DNA of 64,000 bases from Ignavibacteriales bacterium CG07_land_8_20_14_0_80_59_12 (GCA_002779395.1 PEWR01000091.1:1464-65463), one strand, 5' to 3'. Shown: positions 26,096 through 36,732, numbered from the stretch's first letter. Numbers and translations are program-made. The notes: a model not told the origin generated them from the sequence alone.

Positions 26096-26905
26096 ATGGC
26101 AATGCCAAAGACGCTTGAGATTAGAAAGCTGCACGTGGAGATTGAAGGACGGGAGATCATCAAGGGTGTCGACCTAACGGTTTCGACCGGAGAAATCCAT
26201 GCCATCATGGGGCCGAACGGGTCGGGCAAAAGCACTCTCTCGTATTCCATCCTCGGCCACCCGGACTATGCCGTGACGCAGGGGGAGGTGCTCTTCGACG
26301 GCGAGAACGTCCTCGACATGAAGCCGGACGAGCGCGCTGCGAAGGGTCTCTTTCTTGCCTTCCAGTATCCCGTGGAGGTCCCGGGCGTCACGCTCGCGAG
26401 CTTTCTCCGAACCGCGGTGAACTCCATTCGGAAGAAACAGGCCCGCTGGGGCGGGCAGCCTCTGAAGGAAATATCCGCCATCGAATTCTACAAGAGGCTC
26501 GAGGAGAAGATGAACCTTCTCCAGATGGACCCTTCGTTCGCGCAGCGGTACTTGAACGAAGGATTTTCCGGAGGGGAGAAGAAGAGGGCTGAGATCCTCC
26601 AGATGGCGATGCTCGGTCCGTCGATCGCAATCCTCGATGAGACTGACTCCGGGCTCGACATCGATGCACTTCGCATCGTCTCCGACGGTGTGAACGCCCT
26701 CTACGGACCCGACGTCGGCCTGCTCGTGATCACACACTACCAGCGCATCCTCCGGTATGTGCAGCCGCAGTTTGTGCACGTCCTTGTTGACGGGCGGATC
26801 GCCCTCTCGGGCGGGCCGGAGCTCGCGGAGCAGCTCGAGGAACACGGGTATGACTGGGTCAAGGACCAGCTTGGCGAGAGTGCCGTCACGCGGCAGAATG
26901 GGTGA
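26096..26905 (+). CDS. sufC: Fe-S cluster assembly ATPase SufC
   Basis: Walker A GPNGSGKST, ABC signature FSGGEKKR, Walker B ILDETDSGLD. ATG 26096 has a GGAG Shine-Dalgarno; the ORF-track GTG at 26081 is an alternative start. Confidence 0.85.
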   Translation: MAMPKTLEIRKLHVEIEGREIIKGVDLTVSTGEIHAIMGPNGSGKSTLSYSILGHPDYAVTQGEVLFDGENVLDMKPDERAAKGLFLAFQYPVEVPGVTLASFLRTAVNSIRKKQARWGGQPLKEISAIEFYKRLEEKMNLLQMDPSFAQRYLNEGFSGGEKKRAEILQMAMLGPSIAILDETDSGLDIDALRIVSDGVNALYGPDVGLLVITHYQRILRYVQPQFVHVLVDGRIALSGGPELAEQLEEHGYDWVKDQLGESAVTRQNG

Positions 26906-26934
26906 CGGTCAGAGATAGATGAGGAGACCATGAC

Positions 26935-28344
26935 ATGGCGAACGCTCTGAACTTCAACAGACGGGAGGGCTACCTCGAGAAGTATGGGTTCCACGACAAG
27001 AACTCGTATGTGTACCGGACCGAGAAGGGGGTATCCTCCCGCATCGTCGAGGAGATCTCGGGATTGAAGGGAGAGCCCGAGTGGATGCGCAATTTCCGCC
27101 TCCGGTCCTATGGCATCTTTGAAAAAAAGTCGATGCCGGGCTGGGGAGCGGATCTCTCCGGGCTCAGATTCGACGACCTCTACTACTACGTGAAGCCGTC
27201 GGACAAGAAGGGACGGAACTGGGACGAAGTGCCGGAGAAGGTGAAGCTGACCTTCGAGCGACTCGGTATCCCCGAGGCCGAGCGAAAGTACCTCGCAGGC
27301 GTCGAAGCGCAGTACGATTCTGAAAGCGTCTACTCGAGCCTGAAGGGGATCTGGGAAAAGCTGGGGGTGATCTTCTGCAGCACTGATGAAGCGCTGAAGA
27401 AGTACCCCGACATAGTGCGGCAGTACTTCGGCACCGTCATCCCGCCGGGAGATAACAAGTTTGCGGCTCTCAACAGCGCCGTCTGGAGCGGCGGGTCGTT
27501 TATCTACGTCCCTGCCGGCGTGAAGGTCGAGATCCCTCTCCAGGCGTACTTCCGCATCAACGCGGAGAGCGCCGGGCAGTTCGAGCGGACACTCATCATC
27601 GCCGAACCAGGGAGCTTCGTCCACTATGTCGAGGGATGCACCGCACCTGTTTACTCGACGAACTCTCTTCACAGCGCAGTAGTTGAGATCGTCGTGAAGG
27701 AGGGAGCGCGCGTCCGCTACACGAGCATCCAGAACTGGTCGGATAATGTCTACAACCTTGTCACGAAGCGCGCGTTCGCCTACAAGGACGCGACGATGGA
27801 GTGGTTGGACGGCAACCTGGGGAGCAAGGTGACGATGAAGTATCCCTCCATCTATCTCATGGAGAAGGGGGCGCGGGGTGAAGTCCTCTCCATCGCTTAT
27901 GCGGGGAACGGGCAGCACCAGGACGCCGGCGGCAAGGCCGTGCACATCGCCCCGTACACCTCGTCGCGAATTGTCTCCAAGTCGATCAGCAAGGGGACCG
28001 GACGGTCAAGCTACCGGGGTCTTGTCCATGTGAGGAAGGGGGCGCACCACGTGAAGTCGAAGGTCCGGTGCGACGCACTCCTCCTCGATGACCGTGCGCG
28101 AAGCGACACGTACCCCGTCATGGAGATCAACGAGGACGAGGTCGACATTGGGCACGAGGCGACCGTCAGCAAGGTCGGAGACGAGCAGCTTTTCTACCTT
28201 ACGAGTCGGGGGCTGACTGAAGAGGAAGCGACCGCCGTCATTGTGAGCGGTTTCATTGAGCCTATCGTGAAGCAGCTGCCGATGGAATACGCGATTGAGC
28301 TGAACCGGCTCATCGAGCTCGAGATGGAAGGCTCGGTCGGCTGA
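26935..28344 (+). CDS. sufB: Fe-S cluster assembly protein SufB
   Basis: 469 aa, SufB N-terminus [19 protein letters not shown], follows sufC. UPF0051 beta-helix region with conserved C-terminal ...[15 protein letters not shown]. Confidence 0.85.
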   Translation: MANALNFNRREGYLEKYGFHDKNSYVYRTEKGVSSRIVEEISGLKGEPEWMRNFRLRSYGIFEKKSMPGWGADLSGLRFDDLYYYVKPSDKKGRNWDEVPEKVKLTFERLGIPEAERKYLAGVEAQYDSESVYSSLKGIWEKLGVIFCSTDEALKKYPDIVRQYFGTVIPPGDNKFAALNSAVWSGGSFIYVPAGVKVEIPLQAYFRINAESAGQFERTLIIAEPGSFVHYVEGCTAPVYSTNSLHSAVVEIVVKEGARVRYTSIQNWSDNVYNLVTKRAFAYKDATMEWLDGNLGSKVTMKYPSIYLMEKGARGEVLSIAYAGNGQHQDAGGKAVHIAPYTSSRIVSKSISKGTGRSSYRGLVHVRKGAHHVKSKVRCDALLLDDRARSDTYPVMEINEDEVDIGHEATVSKVGDEQLFYLTSRGLTEEEATAVIVSGFIEPIVKQLPMEYAIELNRLIELEMEGSVG

Positions 28345-28369
28345 ACTGAACCTACAAAGCGACTGCAGA

Positions 28370-29698
28370 GTGGACATGGAAGAACGCACGCTCGAGCTTC
28401 TCACACGCCAGGGTATCACACGCGGCGCGGTCGAGGAGCTGTCGAGGCTCAACGACGAGCCGGAATGGCTGCGCAAGATGCGGCTCCTCGCCTGGTCGAT
28501 CTACGAAAGCTCTCCTGTTCCGCCGTGGAAGCGGATCGATTTGTCAAGCATCCATCTCGACGAGCTCACAGCGTTTGCGCCGGGCGAGAAACCGGTGGCG
28601 GATGTCGCGGTCGCGAACAGCATCTTCTCGGGGGATGAAGCGCGTGGCGGCAGGATTGTCCAAACCAATTCGGTGGTCGATGAGACACTCGGATCCCCGC
28701 TTGACCCATCTCTTTCCATGAAGGGAGTCGTTTTCACGAGCCTCGAGAAGGCGGCCGCCACGCATCCGGAGATGGTCCGCAAACATCTCTTCGTGGACGC
28801 GGTGAAGCTGACGGAAAACAGGTTCGTTGCAATGAACGGGGCGCTCTGGGGCGGCGGCATGTTCCTCTACGTCCCGCCCTTCACTGAAATCACCTCGCCG
28901 CTGCAGTACACGCTCATTGCAGCGCAGAGCGGGGCGGCGCTCTTCCCGCATCTCCTGATCATCGTCGGTGAGGGAAGCTCACTCACGTTCGTTGACCAGT
29001 CCGCTACAATCGGCGCGGACGGGCCTGCGCTCGCGTCGCAGGTCGTCGAGATCTTTGCAAATCCGGGCGCGCAGGTCAACTACGTTTCCGTCCAGGAGTT
29101 CAGCCGGACCGCGAAGAACTTCGCTTTGAAAAGGGCGATCCTGTCGCGCGACAGCCGGATGATATGGACAGAGATCGGCGTCGGCTCGAAAGTGTCGCGC
29201 GTGTCTGCCGAGGCGATCCTGAGAGATCCGGGCTCGGAGGTCCAGCTCCTCGGGCTCTATTTCGGCCAGGGAGAGCAGCGCCTGGAGTACGACACGCTTC
29301 AGCTCCACGCCGCTCCGCATACGAAGAGCGACCTTCTCTACAAAGGGGCGCTCAGGGAGAAAGCGCACTCGGTCTTCAACGGGCTGATCCGTGTCGAGCG
29401 CGGAGCCCAGCGAACGGACGCCTATCAGGCGAACAGGAATCTGCTGTTGAGCAATACCTCACGGGCCGACTCGCTTCCGACGCTCGAGATCGAGGCGAAC
29501 GATGTGCGGTGCACACACGGTGCCACGGTCGGACCCATCGATCCGGATCAGCTTTTCTATCTCCTTGCCCGGGGTATTGAGAGGGAGACGGCCGAGAAGC
29601 TTCTCGTCCTCGGCTTCTACGAAGCGGTACTTCAGAAGATCCCGCTCGAAGAGCTTCGAGAAGCGATCCGGAACTACATTGAACGGGAACTGGAGTAG
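28370..29698 (+). CDS. sufD: Fe-S cluster assembly protein SufD
   Basis: 442 aa paralog of SufB placed after sufB. C-terminal SufBD domain (...HGATVGPIDPDQLFYLLARGIERETAEKLLVLGF). Confidence 0.8.
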   Translation: MDMEERTLELLTRQGITRGAVEELSRLNDEPEWLRKMRLLAWSIYESSPVPPWKRIDLSSIHLDELTAFAPGEKPVADVAVANSIFSGDEARGGRIVQTNSVVDETLGSPLDPSLSMKGVVFTSLEKAAATHPEMVRKHLFVDAVKLTENRFVAMNGALWGGGMFLYVPPFTEITSPLQYTLIAAQSGAALFPHLLIIVGEGSSLTFVDQSATIGADGPALASQVVEIFANPGAQVNYVSVQEFSRTAKNFALKRAILSRDSRMIWTEIGVGSKVSRVSAEAILRDPGSEVQLLGLYFGQGEQRLEYDTLQLHAAPHTKSDLLYKGALREKAHSVFNGLIRVERGAQRTDAYQANRNLLLSNTSRADSLPTLEIEANDVRCTHGATVGPIDPDQLFYLLARGIERETAEKLLVLGFYEAVLQKIPLEELREAIRNYIERELE

Positions 29699-29711
29699 CG
29701 GGGATACACCC

Positions 29712-30935
29712 ATGCTGGATCCTCATCGCATACGGACCGACTTCCCGATCCTCTCGCGCGAGGTGAACGGGAAGCCGCTCGTCTACCTCGACAGCACGGC
29801 AACGACGCAGAAGCCGACAGCGGTCCTGGAGGCGATGCGAAAGTATTACGAACGCTCGAACGCGAACGTGCACCGGGGAGCCTACACGCTGGCGCAGGAG
29901 GCGACTGAAGCGTATGAGGAGACGCGCTCGAAGGTCGCGCGGTTCATCCACGCGCCGTCGGACTCTGGTGTCATCTTTACGCGGAACACCACAGAGGCGA
30001 TCAATCTCGTCGCACAGGCATGGGGCCGGGCGAACCTCCATGCGGGAGATGAAATCATCCTGACGGAGATGGAGCACCACAGCAACCTCATCCCGTGGCA
30101 GATGGTTGCACGCGAGCGCGGCGCTGTGCTGAAGTTCCTGCACGTCATGGATGATGGGACACTCGACGTCGGCGAGGTCGATACGCTTCTTTCGGACCGG
30201 ACGAAGCTGGTGGGCCTTGTCCACGTCTCGAATGTCCTCGGCACGATCAACCCCGTGAAGGAAATCGCGAAGCGGGCACATGCGGCAGGCGCGCGCATTC
30301 TGGTGGATGGGGCCCAAAGCGTGCCCCACATGCCCGTCGACGTGAAAGACATTGACTGCGACTTCTTTGCGTTCTCGGGTCACAAGATGCTCGGTCCGAC
30401 AGGCATCGGGGTTCTCTATGGGAAGCCAAAAATCCTCGATGCGATGCCGCCCTTCCTCGGAGGAGGGGAGATGATCCGTGAAGTCCAGCTTGATTGGTCC
30501 ACCTACAACGACATCCCGTGGAAGTTCGAAGCAGGCACGCCGAACATCGGTGGCGCCATTGGACTCGGCGCCGCAATCGATTACTTGGATGCTGTCGGGA
30601 TGGGTGAAGTCCGTGCCCACGAGGAGAGAATCACCGCGAAGGCGCTCGCGGCGCTTCGCGATATCGAGGGCCTTGAAGTCTTCGGGCCGGAAGTTCGCGG
30701 AGGCGTCGTCTCGTTCGCAATGCGCGGCGCTCATCCGCACGACATCGCAACCATCCTCGACCAGGACGGCGTCGAGATTCGCGCCGGGCATCATTGCGCC
30801 CAGCCGCTCATGCGACGCCTCAATGTAGTGGCGACGGCGCGGGCAAGCTTCTACATTTACAACACCGAATCTGAAATAGAGGTCCTCGTGGAGAGCCTCA
30901 AGAAGGTGAAGGAGGTCTTTGCCCGTGTCTCTTGA
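29712..30935 (+). CDS. sufS: Cysteine desulfurase SufS (class V aminotransferase)
   Basis: MLDPHRIRTDFPIL...LVYLDSTATTQKP, PLP-Lys motif FFAFSGHKMLGPTGIGVLYG, SufS-type Cys loop RAGHHCAQP. Start set at ATG 29712. Confidence 0.85.
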   Translation: MLDPHRIRTDFPILSREVNGKPLVYLDSTATTQKPTAVLEAMRKYYERSNANVHRGAYTLAQEATEAYEETRSKVARFIHAPSDSGVIFTRNTTEAINLVAQAWGRANLHAGDEIILTEMEHHSNLIPWQMVARERGAVLKFLHVMDDGTLDVGEVDTLLSDRTKLVGLVHVSNVLGTINPVKEIAKRAHAAGARILVDGAQSVPHMPVDVKDIDCDFFAFSGHKMLGPTGIGVLYGKPKILDAMPPFLGGGEMIREVQLDWSTYNDIPWKFEAGTPNIGGAIGLGAAIDYLDAVGMGEVRAHEERITAKALAALRDIEGLEVFGPEVRGGVVSFAMRGAHPHDIATILDQDGVEIRAGHHCAQPLMRRLNVVATARASFYIYNTESEIEVLVESLKKVKEVFARVS

Positions 30936-31380
30936 CGAGCTTTACGGCGAGATCATCCTCGACCACTACAAGAACCCGCGCAATGCGGGGGAGATGGAGG
31001 ATCCGTCAATCAAGTCGCAGGGATTCAACCAGTCGTGTGGAGACGACATCACGATCTTCGTACGTGTCGACGAGAACGGAAGGATCAGCGGCATCAGGTT
31101 CAGCGGACACGGTTGCGCGATCAGCCAGTCATCTGCCTCGATGATGACGGAGCGAATGAGGGGGAAGACACTTGAGGAGGCGGAGGAGTTCATCAGCCGC
31201 ATGCGGAAGATGCTTACCGGTGGGGGAGATTTCTCCGAGCTCGGAGAATACGATGAGCTCTCTGCGCTGCGCGGTGTGACGAAATTCCCGATGCGTGTGA
31301 AATGCGCATCGCTCGCGTGGACGACTCTGGAGACGGGGATCGAGGAATTCCGCGGCGAGGGCCGTGCCAACAGGACGTAA
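30919..31380 (+). CDS. sufU: SufU/IscU-like sulfur-transfer scaffold protein
   Basis: LYGEIILDHYKNPRN...NQSCGDDITI...SGHGCAISQSSASMM. Conserved Cys/Asp ligands of SufU. Overlaps the sufS 3' end. Confidence 0.8.
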   Translation: MPVSLDELYGEIILDHYKNPRNAGEMEDPSIKSQGFNQSCGDDITIFVRVDENGRISGIRFSGHGCAISQSSASMMTERMRGKTLEEAEEFISRMRKMLTGGGDFSELGEYDELSALRGVTKFPMRVKCASLAWTTLETGIEEFRGEGRANRT

Positions 31381-31488
31381 GATCCATCCCCCGCCCTGCA
31401 ACGGAGCGGAAGGCGTCACGCGGCCCTTGTTTCCAAGTTCTCCTTTCGGTACATTAATACGAGTTCATTCAGGGCTGGAGAGTCTATC

Positions 31489-31680
31489 ATGGCAAGAGTC
31501 TGCGAGATCTGCGGCAAGGGGCCGGTGAGCGGGAACAACATAAGCCACGCCCACAATCGCACGCGGCGCCGCTGGATGCCGAACCTACAACGGGTTCGCA
31601 TCATGGTCGGGCAGGTGAAGAAGCAGGCATATGTCTGCACCGGATGTTTGAAGTCCGGGAAGGTGCGCAAGGCCGCGTAG
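31489..31680 (+). CDS. rpmB: 50S ribosomal protein L28
   Basis: [34 protein letters not shown] is the canonical L28 N-terminus. Confidence 0.9.
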   Translation: MARVCEICGKGPVSGNNISHAHNRTRRRWMPNLQRVRIMVGQVKKQAYVCTGCLKSGKVRKAA

Positions 31681-31761
31681 AGCTCGCCAATGCGGGCAAA
31701 AAGATCCACAGGCGGTTCCGTGCAACAGGGACTGCCTTTTTTTATGTCTCTCTCGTGAGCG

Positions 31762-32760
31762 GTGAAGCGCATGCGCGCGACGTACAAATCTTCAGGCGTC
31801 GACATATCGGCCGGCGAAGAGCTTGTTCGCTTGATCAAGCCCGTGGCTCGGGGGACCTTCTCAAGGAACGTCCTTCGCGATGTCGGCATATTCGGCTCGT
31901 TCTACCGGATGCGGAAGGGCCGCCTCGCGTCCCCGGTGATGGTCGCAAGCACGGACGGCGTCGGGACGAAGCTCGCGGTTGCGTTTGCCGCGAAGAGACA
32001 CGGCACGGTCGGGCAGGATCTCGTGAACCACTGTGTGAACGACATCGCGGTTTCCGGAGCCATCCCGCTCTTCTTCCTCGATTACTACGCGACAGGTAAG
32101 CTTGTTCCGAGAATTGCCGCAGAGGTCATCGGAGGAGTTGCGAAGGCGTGCGGTGAAAACGGTGTCTCGCTCGTGGGTGGCGAGACGGCGGAGATGCCAG
32201 GTTTGTACCAGGGGACCGAGTACGACCTGGCCGGCACGATAGTCGGAATCGTCGATGAGAAAGAGATCATCGATGGCAGGTCCATTCGGCGCGGGGATAT
32301 CCTCCTTGCGGTCCCGTCGAACGGCCTCCACACAAACGGCTACTCGCTGGCGCGCAAAGTCCTCCTCTCGAACTACAGACTGGGAAGCCGGGTCCCTGAG
32401 CTCGGGACCACGCTGGTCGACGAGCTGCTGAAAATCCATCGGTCGTACCTGAAGTCCATCCGGCGTGTCACATCACGGTTTCGTGTCGGCGGCATTTCAC
32501 ATATCACCGGGGGTGGGATTGAGGGGAACACGAAACGGATCCTCCCAAAGGGGTTGAGACTCCGGGTTGACTGGGGATCGTGGGAGCGGCCGGCAATCTT
32601 CCCTCTCGTTCAGAAGCTTGGGAACGTGCCTGAGGCGGACATGCGGCGAACATTTAATCTCGGCGTTGGCCTGATATTCATCGTGCGGCCGTCGGATGCC
32701 CATCAAGCCGCGGGCCTTCTCCGGAATGAGGGTGCGTTCGTCTGTGGGGGAGTTGCGTAG
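31762..32760 (+). CDS. purM: Phosphoribosylformylglycinamidine cyclo-ligase (AIR synthetase)
   Basis: YKSSGVDISAGEELV..., DGVGTKL, GGETAEMPG motifs of PurM. Confidence 0.85.
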   Translation: MKRMRATYKSSGVDISAGEELVRLIKPVARGTFSRNVLRDVGIFGSFYRMRKGRLASPVMVASTDGVGTKLAVAFAAKRHGTVGQDLVNHCVNDIAVSGAIPLFFLDYYATGKLVPRIAAEVIGGVAKACGENGVSLVGGETAEMPGLYQGTEYDLAGTIVGIVDEKEIIDGRSIRRGDILLAVPSNGLHTNGYSLARKVLLSNYRLGSRVPELGTTLVDELLKIHRSYLKSIRRVTSRFRVGGISHITGGGIEGNTKRILPKGLRLRVDWGSWERPAIFPLVQKLGNVPEADMRRTFNLGVGLIFIVRPSDAHQAAGLLRNEGAFVCGGVA

Positions 32761-32762
32761 CG

Positions 32763-33104
32763 TCAGGAAGGAGTCTTCTGCGCGCTTGCTCGCTTCTCCT
32801 CGAGTGTCTTGAGGATCTCCCTGAGCATTGGCTCCCACGCCTGAGGGTGGGAGCTGAGAATCCTACTCGACTTTTCAAACTGTTCGCGTGTCACGCCGTC
32901 GGCCTTCAGAACGCTGTCGACGATGGCGATGTACGCCGAGTCGCGCTGCGATAAGCCCGGTTGAAGCTCGACATTGAGAAGCGCGATGTCGGTGTAGGCC
33001 TTGATGAATCTTTCGCGCGAGATGGGAAGATCAAGGTCGTCCTTCCGCGAGCACGCGGTCAGCATGAGCAGGACGAGCGCGGCAAGAAGAGACCGTTGTT
33101 TCAC
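32763..33104 (-). CDS. Small lipoprotein of unknown function
   Basis: Signal peptide with lipobox MKQRSLLAALVLLMLTAC, 113 aa. Confidence 0.5.
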   Translation of the reverse strand: MKQRSLLAALVLLMLTACSRKDDLDLPISRERFIKAYTDIALLNVELQPGLSQRDSAYIAIVDSVLKADGVTREQFEKSSRILSSHPQAWEPMLREILKTLEEKRASAQKTPS

Positions 33105-33244
33105 GAATCCTCAGGGAATGAATGTCGAAAAGATAGTCGTTTGGGGTTTGGTTTGCAAGGATAGTGCGACTAGCGAGAAGCCACCATCCTGACCTTCCCC
33201 CACAAGGGTGGAAGGAATGACGGACAAGCGATGAAGGACAACTG

Positions 33245-33874
33245 ATGGTCACGGGGATCATAGAGGCTCTTGCGGCATGGATCATCCAGGTCATCTCGGA
33301 CCTGGGATACAGCGGCATCGTCCTCTGCATGGCGATCGAAAGCGCCTGCATCCCTCTCCCGAGCGAGGTGATCATGCCGTTCTCTGGCTACCTTGTCTTT
33401 GCCGGTAGGTTCAGCTTCTGGGGCACAGGTGTCGCGGGTGCCATCGGGTGTGTGGCAGGCTCTGTCGCCTCGTACGCGGCAGGTGTCTATGGGGGTCGGC
33501 CGTTCATCAAGAAGTACGGTAAGTACGTCCTTGTCTCGAAGCATGACCTCGAGCTCGCCGACCGATGGTTCTCGAAATATGGCGACTGGGCGATTTTCTT
33601 CTCGCGCCTCCTGCCAGTGGTCCGGACATTCATTTCGCTTCCCGCCGGCATTTCACGAATGCCTTTCTGGAGGTTCGTCGTCTACACATTCCTGGGCTCG
33701 CTCCCGTGGTGCCTGCTCCTCTCATGGATCGGCATGACCATGGGCGAGCACTGGACTTCTCTGAGCGTCTATTTCCACAGGGCGGACATGCTGATCGGCA
33801 TCGTGATCGTCGGCACCGCCGTGTTCTGGGTCTACCGGCACGTCCGCCATCTCAGGCAGCAGGCACCGGACTGA
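33245..33874 (+). CDS. DedA/SNARE-associated (TVP38) family membrane protein
   Basis: Conserved DedA core ...MAIESACIPLPSEVIMPFSGYLVFAGRFSFWG...GRPFIKKYGKY. Confidence 0.7.
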   Translation: MVTGIIEALAAWIIQVISDLGYSGIVLCMAIESACIPLPSEVIMPFSGYLVFAGRFSFWGTGVAGAIGCVAGSVASYAAGVYGGRPFIKKYGKYVLVSKHDLELADRWFSKYGDWAIFFSRLLPVVRTFISLPAGISRMPFWRFVVYTFLGSLPWCLLLSWIGMTMGEHWTSLSVYFHRADMLIGIVIVGTAVFWVYRHVRHLRQQAPD

Positions 33875-33877
33875 ACC

Positions 33878-34348
33878 ATGCCCGTCGTCCTCTCCGACAT
33901 GATTGAGGTGTGCGTCTTCAGGTTCGAGCGGGACGAGGCGCGGTACCTGATCCTGCGACGTGCGGATGACGAAGCGCTCTACCCTAGGCTCTGGCAGTTT
34001 ACCACCGGGATCGTTGAGAAGGGTGAGTCTGCGCTTGCTGCAGCGATGCGTGAGCTTCGGGAAGAGACACGGCTTGAGCCCATGCATGTCTGGGCCGTGC
34101 CGCACACGAGCTCTTTCCTTGAGACGGCCGCTGATCAGCTCCATCTCGTCCCGTTGATCGCTGTCCAGACCTCTCCCGGCCGTGAGCCGGTCCTGTCTCC
34201 CGAACACAGTGCGTATCGCTGGCTTCCGTTCCATGAAGCAGTCCGGCTTGTCGTCTGGCCCGGCCAGAAAGACGGTCTGCGAATGGTCCGTGACTTCATT
34301 GTGAACAACTACGAGACCGGCAGCTGCCTTCAGGTTGACATCCGCTGA
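33878..34348 (+). CDS. NUDIX hydrolase
   Basis: Nudix box GIVEKGESALAAAMRELREETRL. Confidence 0.75.
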   Translation: MPVVLSDMIEVCVFRFERDEARYLILRRADDEALYPRLWQFTTGIVEKGESALAAAMRELREETRLEPMHVWAVPHTSSFLETAADQLHLVPLIAVQTSPGREPVLSPEHSAYRWLPFHEAVRLVVWPGQKDGLRMVRDFIVNNYETGSCLQVDIR

Positions 34349-34427
34349 GCATCCCTCTGCTTCCCCGATTCTTGCCTTTCCCGGCATTTTTCACTAACTT
34401 TTGATATCCTCAACCATTCGCAAGTCC

Positions 34428-34559
34428 GCAGATGCCATCTCTACGATTCAGCCAATCGTTTCAAGGCAAAGGAATCGTCATCACAGGCGCTTCGAGCGGC
34501 ATCGGCGAGGCCACATCGAAGCTCCTCGCCTATGAATATCTTCATGAGCTTTGCCGGTA
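34428..34559 (+). pseudogene. N-terminal 43-codon remnant of a short-chain dehydrogenase/reductase (SDR)
   Basis: MPSLRFSQSFQGKGIVITGASSGIGEATSKLLA carries the SDR cofactor motif TGASSGIG, then hits TAG after 43 codons. No continuation in any frame downstream. Confidence 0.4.
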
Positions 34560-35752
34560 GGGTGAAATCGGCGGGCGTCTCCTTCCAGCTTGTTGTTACG
34601 CTGGTCGTGCTTCTGACCGGCGCCCTTTTGTCGGTCTCCTGCAACGACAGGATCGTACCGCCGGTGACCCAGGAAACGCTCCGGGGCCAGACCCTCCAGT
34701 ACTTCGACATCAATGGCTTCAGAGCGACAGTCAGATACGACGGTGATTTCAATTCCGGAGAAGCAGGCGCCGGGACGGTGTGGCCCAGGTCAAATCCTGT
34801 CCCCGCCATCTACAACATGGGACTCTGGATTGCTGGAAATTCAGGGGGATCGCTGCGCGTGACGGCTTCGTTCTACGGATCCGAGTTCGTCCCCGGGAAG
34901 ATCGGTGTGATTCCGTCTGCGGGAGTCTTCAAACTGCTTCGTTCGCAGGCGTCCGGTGCCGACAGCACGGTCTGGCCTGTGGACCTCGGTGCCCCTCAAA
35001 CCCCCGACGGAAGGCCGCTCGTGTACGGAGACGAGACTCTCTGGACGGCCTACTGTGACACCGAGCAGACCAGTCATTTCCGCTTTCAGACGATGCCGCT
35101 GTACGTCGATGTTGCACAATGGGTCTTCGGGTACACTTCCGCAGGCACCCCGGCGAATACGATGTTCCTGAGGTTTGACATCATAAATCGAAACCAGACG
35201 CCGATCGAAGGGGCCTGCGTCGGCTTTTTCGCCGACGTCGATCTCGGGAATCCCCGGGATGATCTCGTTGGGTGGAGCTCGACCGCCGAATGCGGTTTCA
35301 CGTATAACACTCCGTCCGACAGCTCATGGGCGGGGGCCCCTCCGGCACTCGGCGTCTACTTCCTCAAGACACCCATGGAGTCAGGGTTTCCCAGGACGAC
35401 GTCCTTCCTCGGCTACACATCCTCCCTTGATCCGGGCAGCGCATCAGAGGCATACAATATGCTGAAGGGATCGATGCCCGACGGAACACCGGTGAGGGAC
35501 ACCGTGGCCGAGCGGACGACGACCTTTATGTATCCCGGCGACCCTGTAAGCCGGACCGGGTGGCTTGACGCCGTGCCCGGTGACAAAAGGGTTCTTCTCT
35601 CCTCCGGTCCGTTTACGCTTCAGCCCAACCAGGCGCAGACTCTCCTCGTCGGAATCACGATGGCGCAGGGGACGAACCCGGTGAACAGTGTATCAGAGCT
35701 TCTTCGCGCCGTGCAGACGATACGCATCACAAGAACCTTATGGGATTTCTAA
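34532..35752 (+). CDS. Secreted or lipoprotein of unknown function (406 aa)
   Basis: N-terminal signal peptide ...LVVTLVVLLTGALLSVSC. No recognisable catalytic motifs. The true start may be the internal Met (MSFAGRV). Confidence 0.5.
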   Translation: MNIFMSFAGRVKSAGVSFQLVVTLVVLLTGALLSVSCNDRIVPPVTQETLRGQTLQYFDINGFRATVRYDGDFNSGEAGAGTVWPRSNPVPAIYNMGLWIAGNSGGSLRVTASFYGSEFVPGKIGVIPSAGVFKLLRSQASGADSTVWPVDLGAPQTPDGRPLVYGDETLWTAYCDTEQTSHFRFQTMPLYVDVAQWVFGYTSAGTPANTMFLRFDIINRNQTPIEGACVGFFADVDLGNPRDDLVGWSSTAECGFTYNTPSDSSWAGAPPALGVYFLKTPMESGFPRTTSFLGYTSSLDPGSASEAYNMLKGSMPDGTPVRDTVAERTTTFMYPGDPVSRTGWLDAVPGDKRVLLSSGPFTLQPNQAQTLLVGITMAQGTNPVNSVSELLRAVQTIRITRTLWDF

Positions 35753-36732
35753 GCATGGGACTTGAAGATCTCGACACAATCCCGCGCGTCTCACTCGCGA
35801 ATCTGCCGACGCCGCTCGAACAGTACACGATCCGCGGCTTCGATGTCCTCATCAAGCGGGATGACCTGACCGGTTGCGTGACCAGCGGGAACAAGATCCG
35901 CAAGATGGAGTTCATCGCCGCCGACGCAAGGGAGCAGAAGGCGAAGACGCTCGTGACCTTCGGCGCGGTCCAATCGAATCATGCCCGCGCGGTTGCAGCA
36001 GCCGCGGCACAGCTTGGATTCCGCTCGGAGCTTTTCCTCTGGAACGATTCGGGGACTCCGTCGGGCGGAAACTTTTTCCTCGATCGGCTCTTCGGTGCCC
36101 AGGTCCATGTGCTGTCCCGGGCGGAGTACGACGCGATATACCGCGAGATGGCGACGAACGGCGAGGAGGGGAAGTACTTCATCCCCGAGGGAGGAGCGAA
36201 CGCGTTCGGTGTCCTTGCCTACTCCCTCGCGGTGGATGAGATGAAGGAGCAGCTCCTCAAGATGCACAGGAACGTTGACGTTCTTGTGACTGCGGCGGGC
36301 ACGGGAGGAACGGCGGCGGGACTTCTGCTCGGGGCGAAGCTCTTCGACGTGAGAGCGCAGGTGGCGGTTGTGAATGTTCTTCATCCGCGTCCGGATATCC
36401 TCCACCGCGTGCGTGTCCTGCTCGAGCAAGCATCGGCGAAGTTCGGGCTTTCCGTCCGGGTGGACTGGGAGCGCGACCTCCTCATCCTCGACGGCTATTC
36501 ACGCGAAGGGTACACGAACATCGCGCCGATGAAGGCGAAGTTCATCATCGAGATGGCACAGGAATTCGGACTCGTCTTCGACCCTGTCTATACCGGCAAA
36601 GCGTTCTACGGACTGACGCGCGAGATGCGGCGCGGCGGACTTCTCGAGGGAGCGCGACCGCTTTTCGTCCATACCGGCGGTATCTTCGGGCTTTTCGCCA
36701 AACAGGAGGAGTTCGAGAAAGCCGTGAAGTAG
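35740..36732 (+). CDS. PLP-dependent ACC deaminase/D-cysteine desulfhydrase family enzyme
   Basis: ...KRDDLTGCVTSGNKIRKMEFI... with PLP-Lys in SGNKIRK. Fold-II PLP enzyme pattern. 330 aa. Confidence 0.65.
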   Translation: MGFLSMGLEDLDTIPRVSLANLPTPLEQYTIRGFDVLIKRDDLTGCVTSGNKIRKMEFIAADAREQKAKTLVTFGAVQSNHARAVAAAAAQLGFRSELFLWNDSGTPSGGNFFLDRLFGAQVHVLSRAEYDAIYREMATNGEEGKYFIPEGGANAFGVLAYSLAVDEMKEQLLKMHRNVDVLVTAAGTGGTAAGLLLGAKLFDVRAQVAVVNVLHPRPDILHRVRVLLEQASAKFGLSVRVDWERDLLILDGYSREGYTNIAPMKAKFIIEMAQEFGLVFDPVYTGKAFYGLTREMRRGGLLEGARPLFVHTGGIFGLFAKQEEFEKAVK

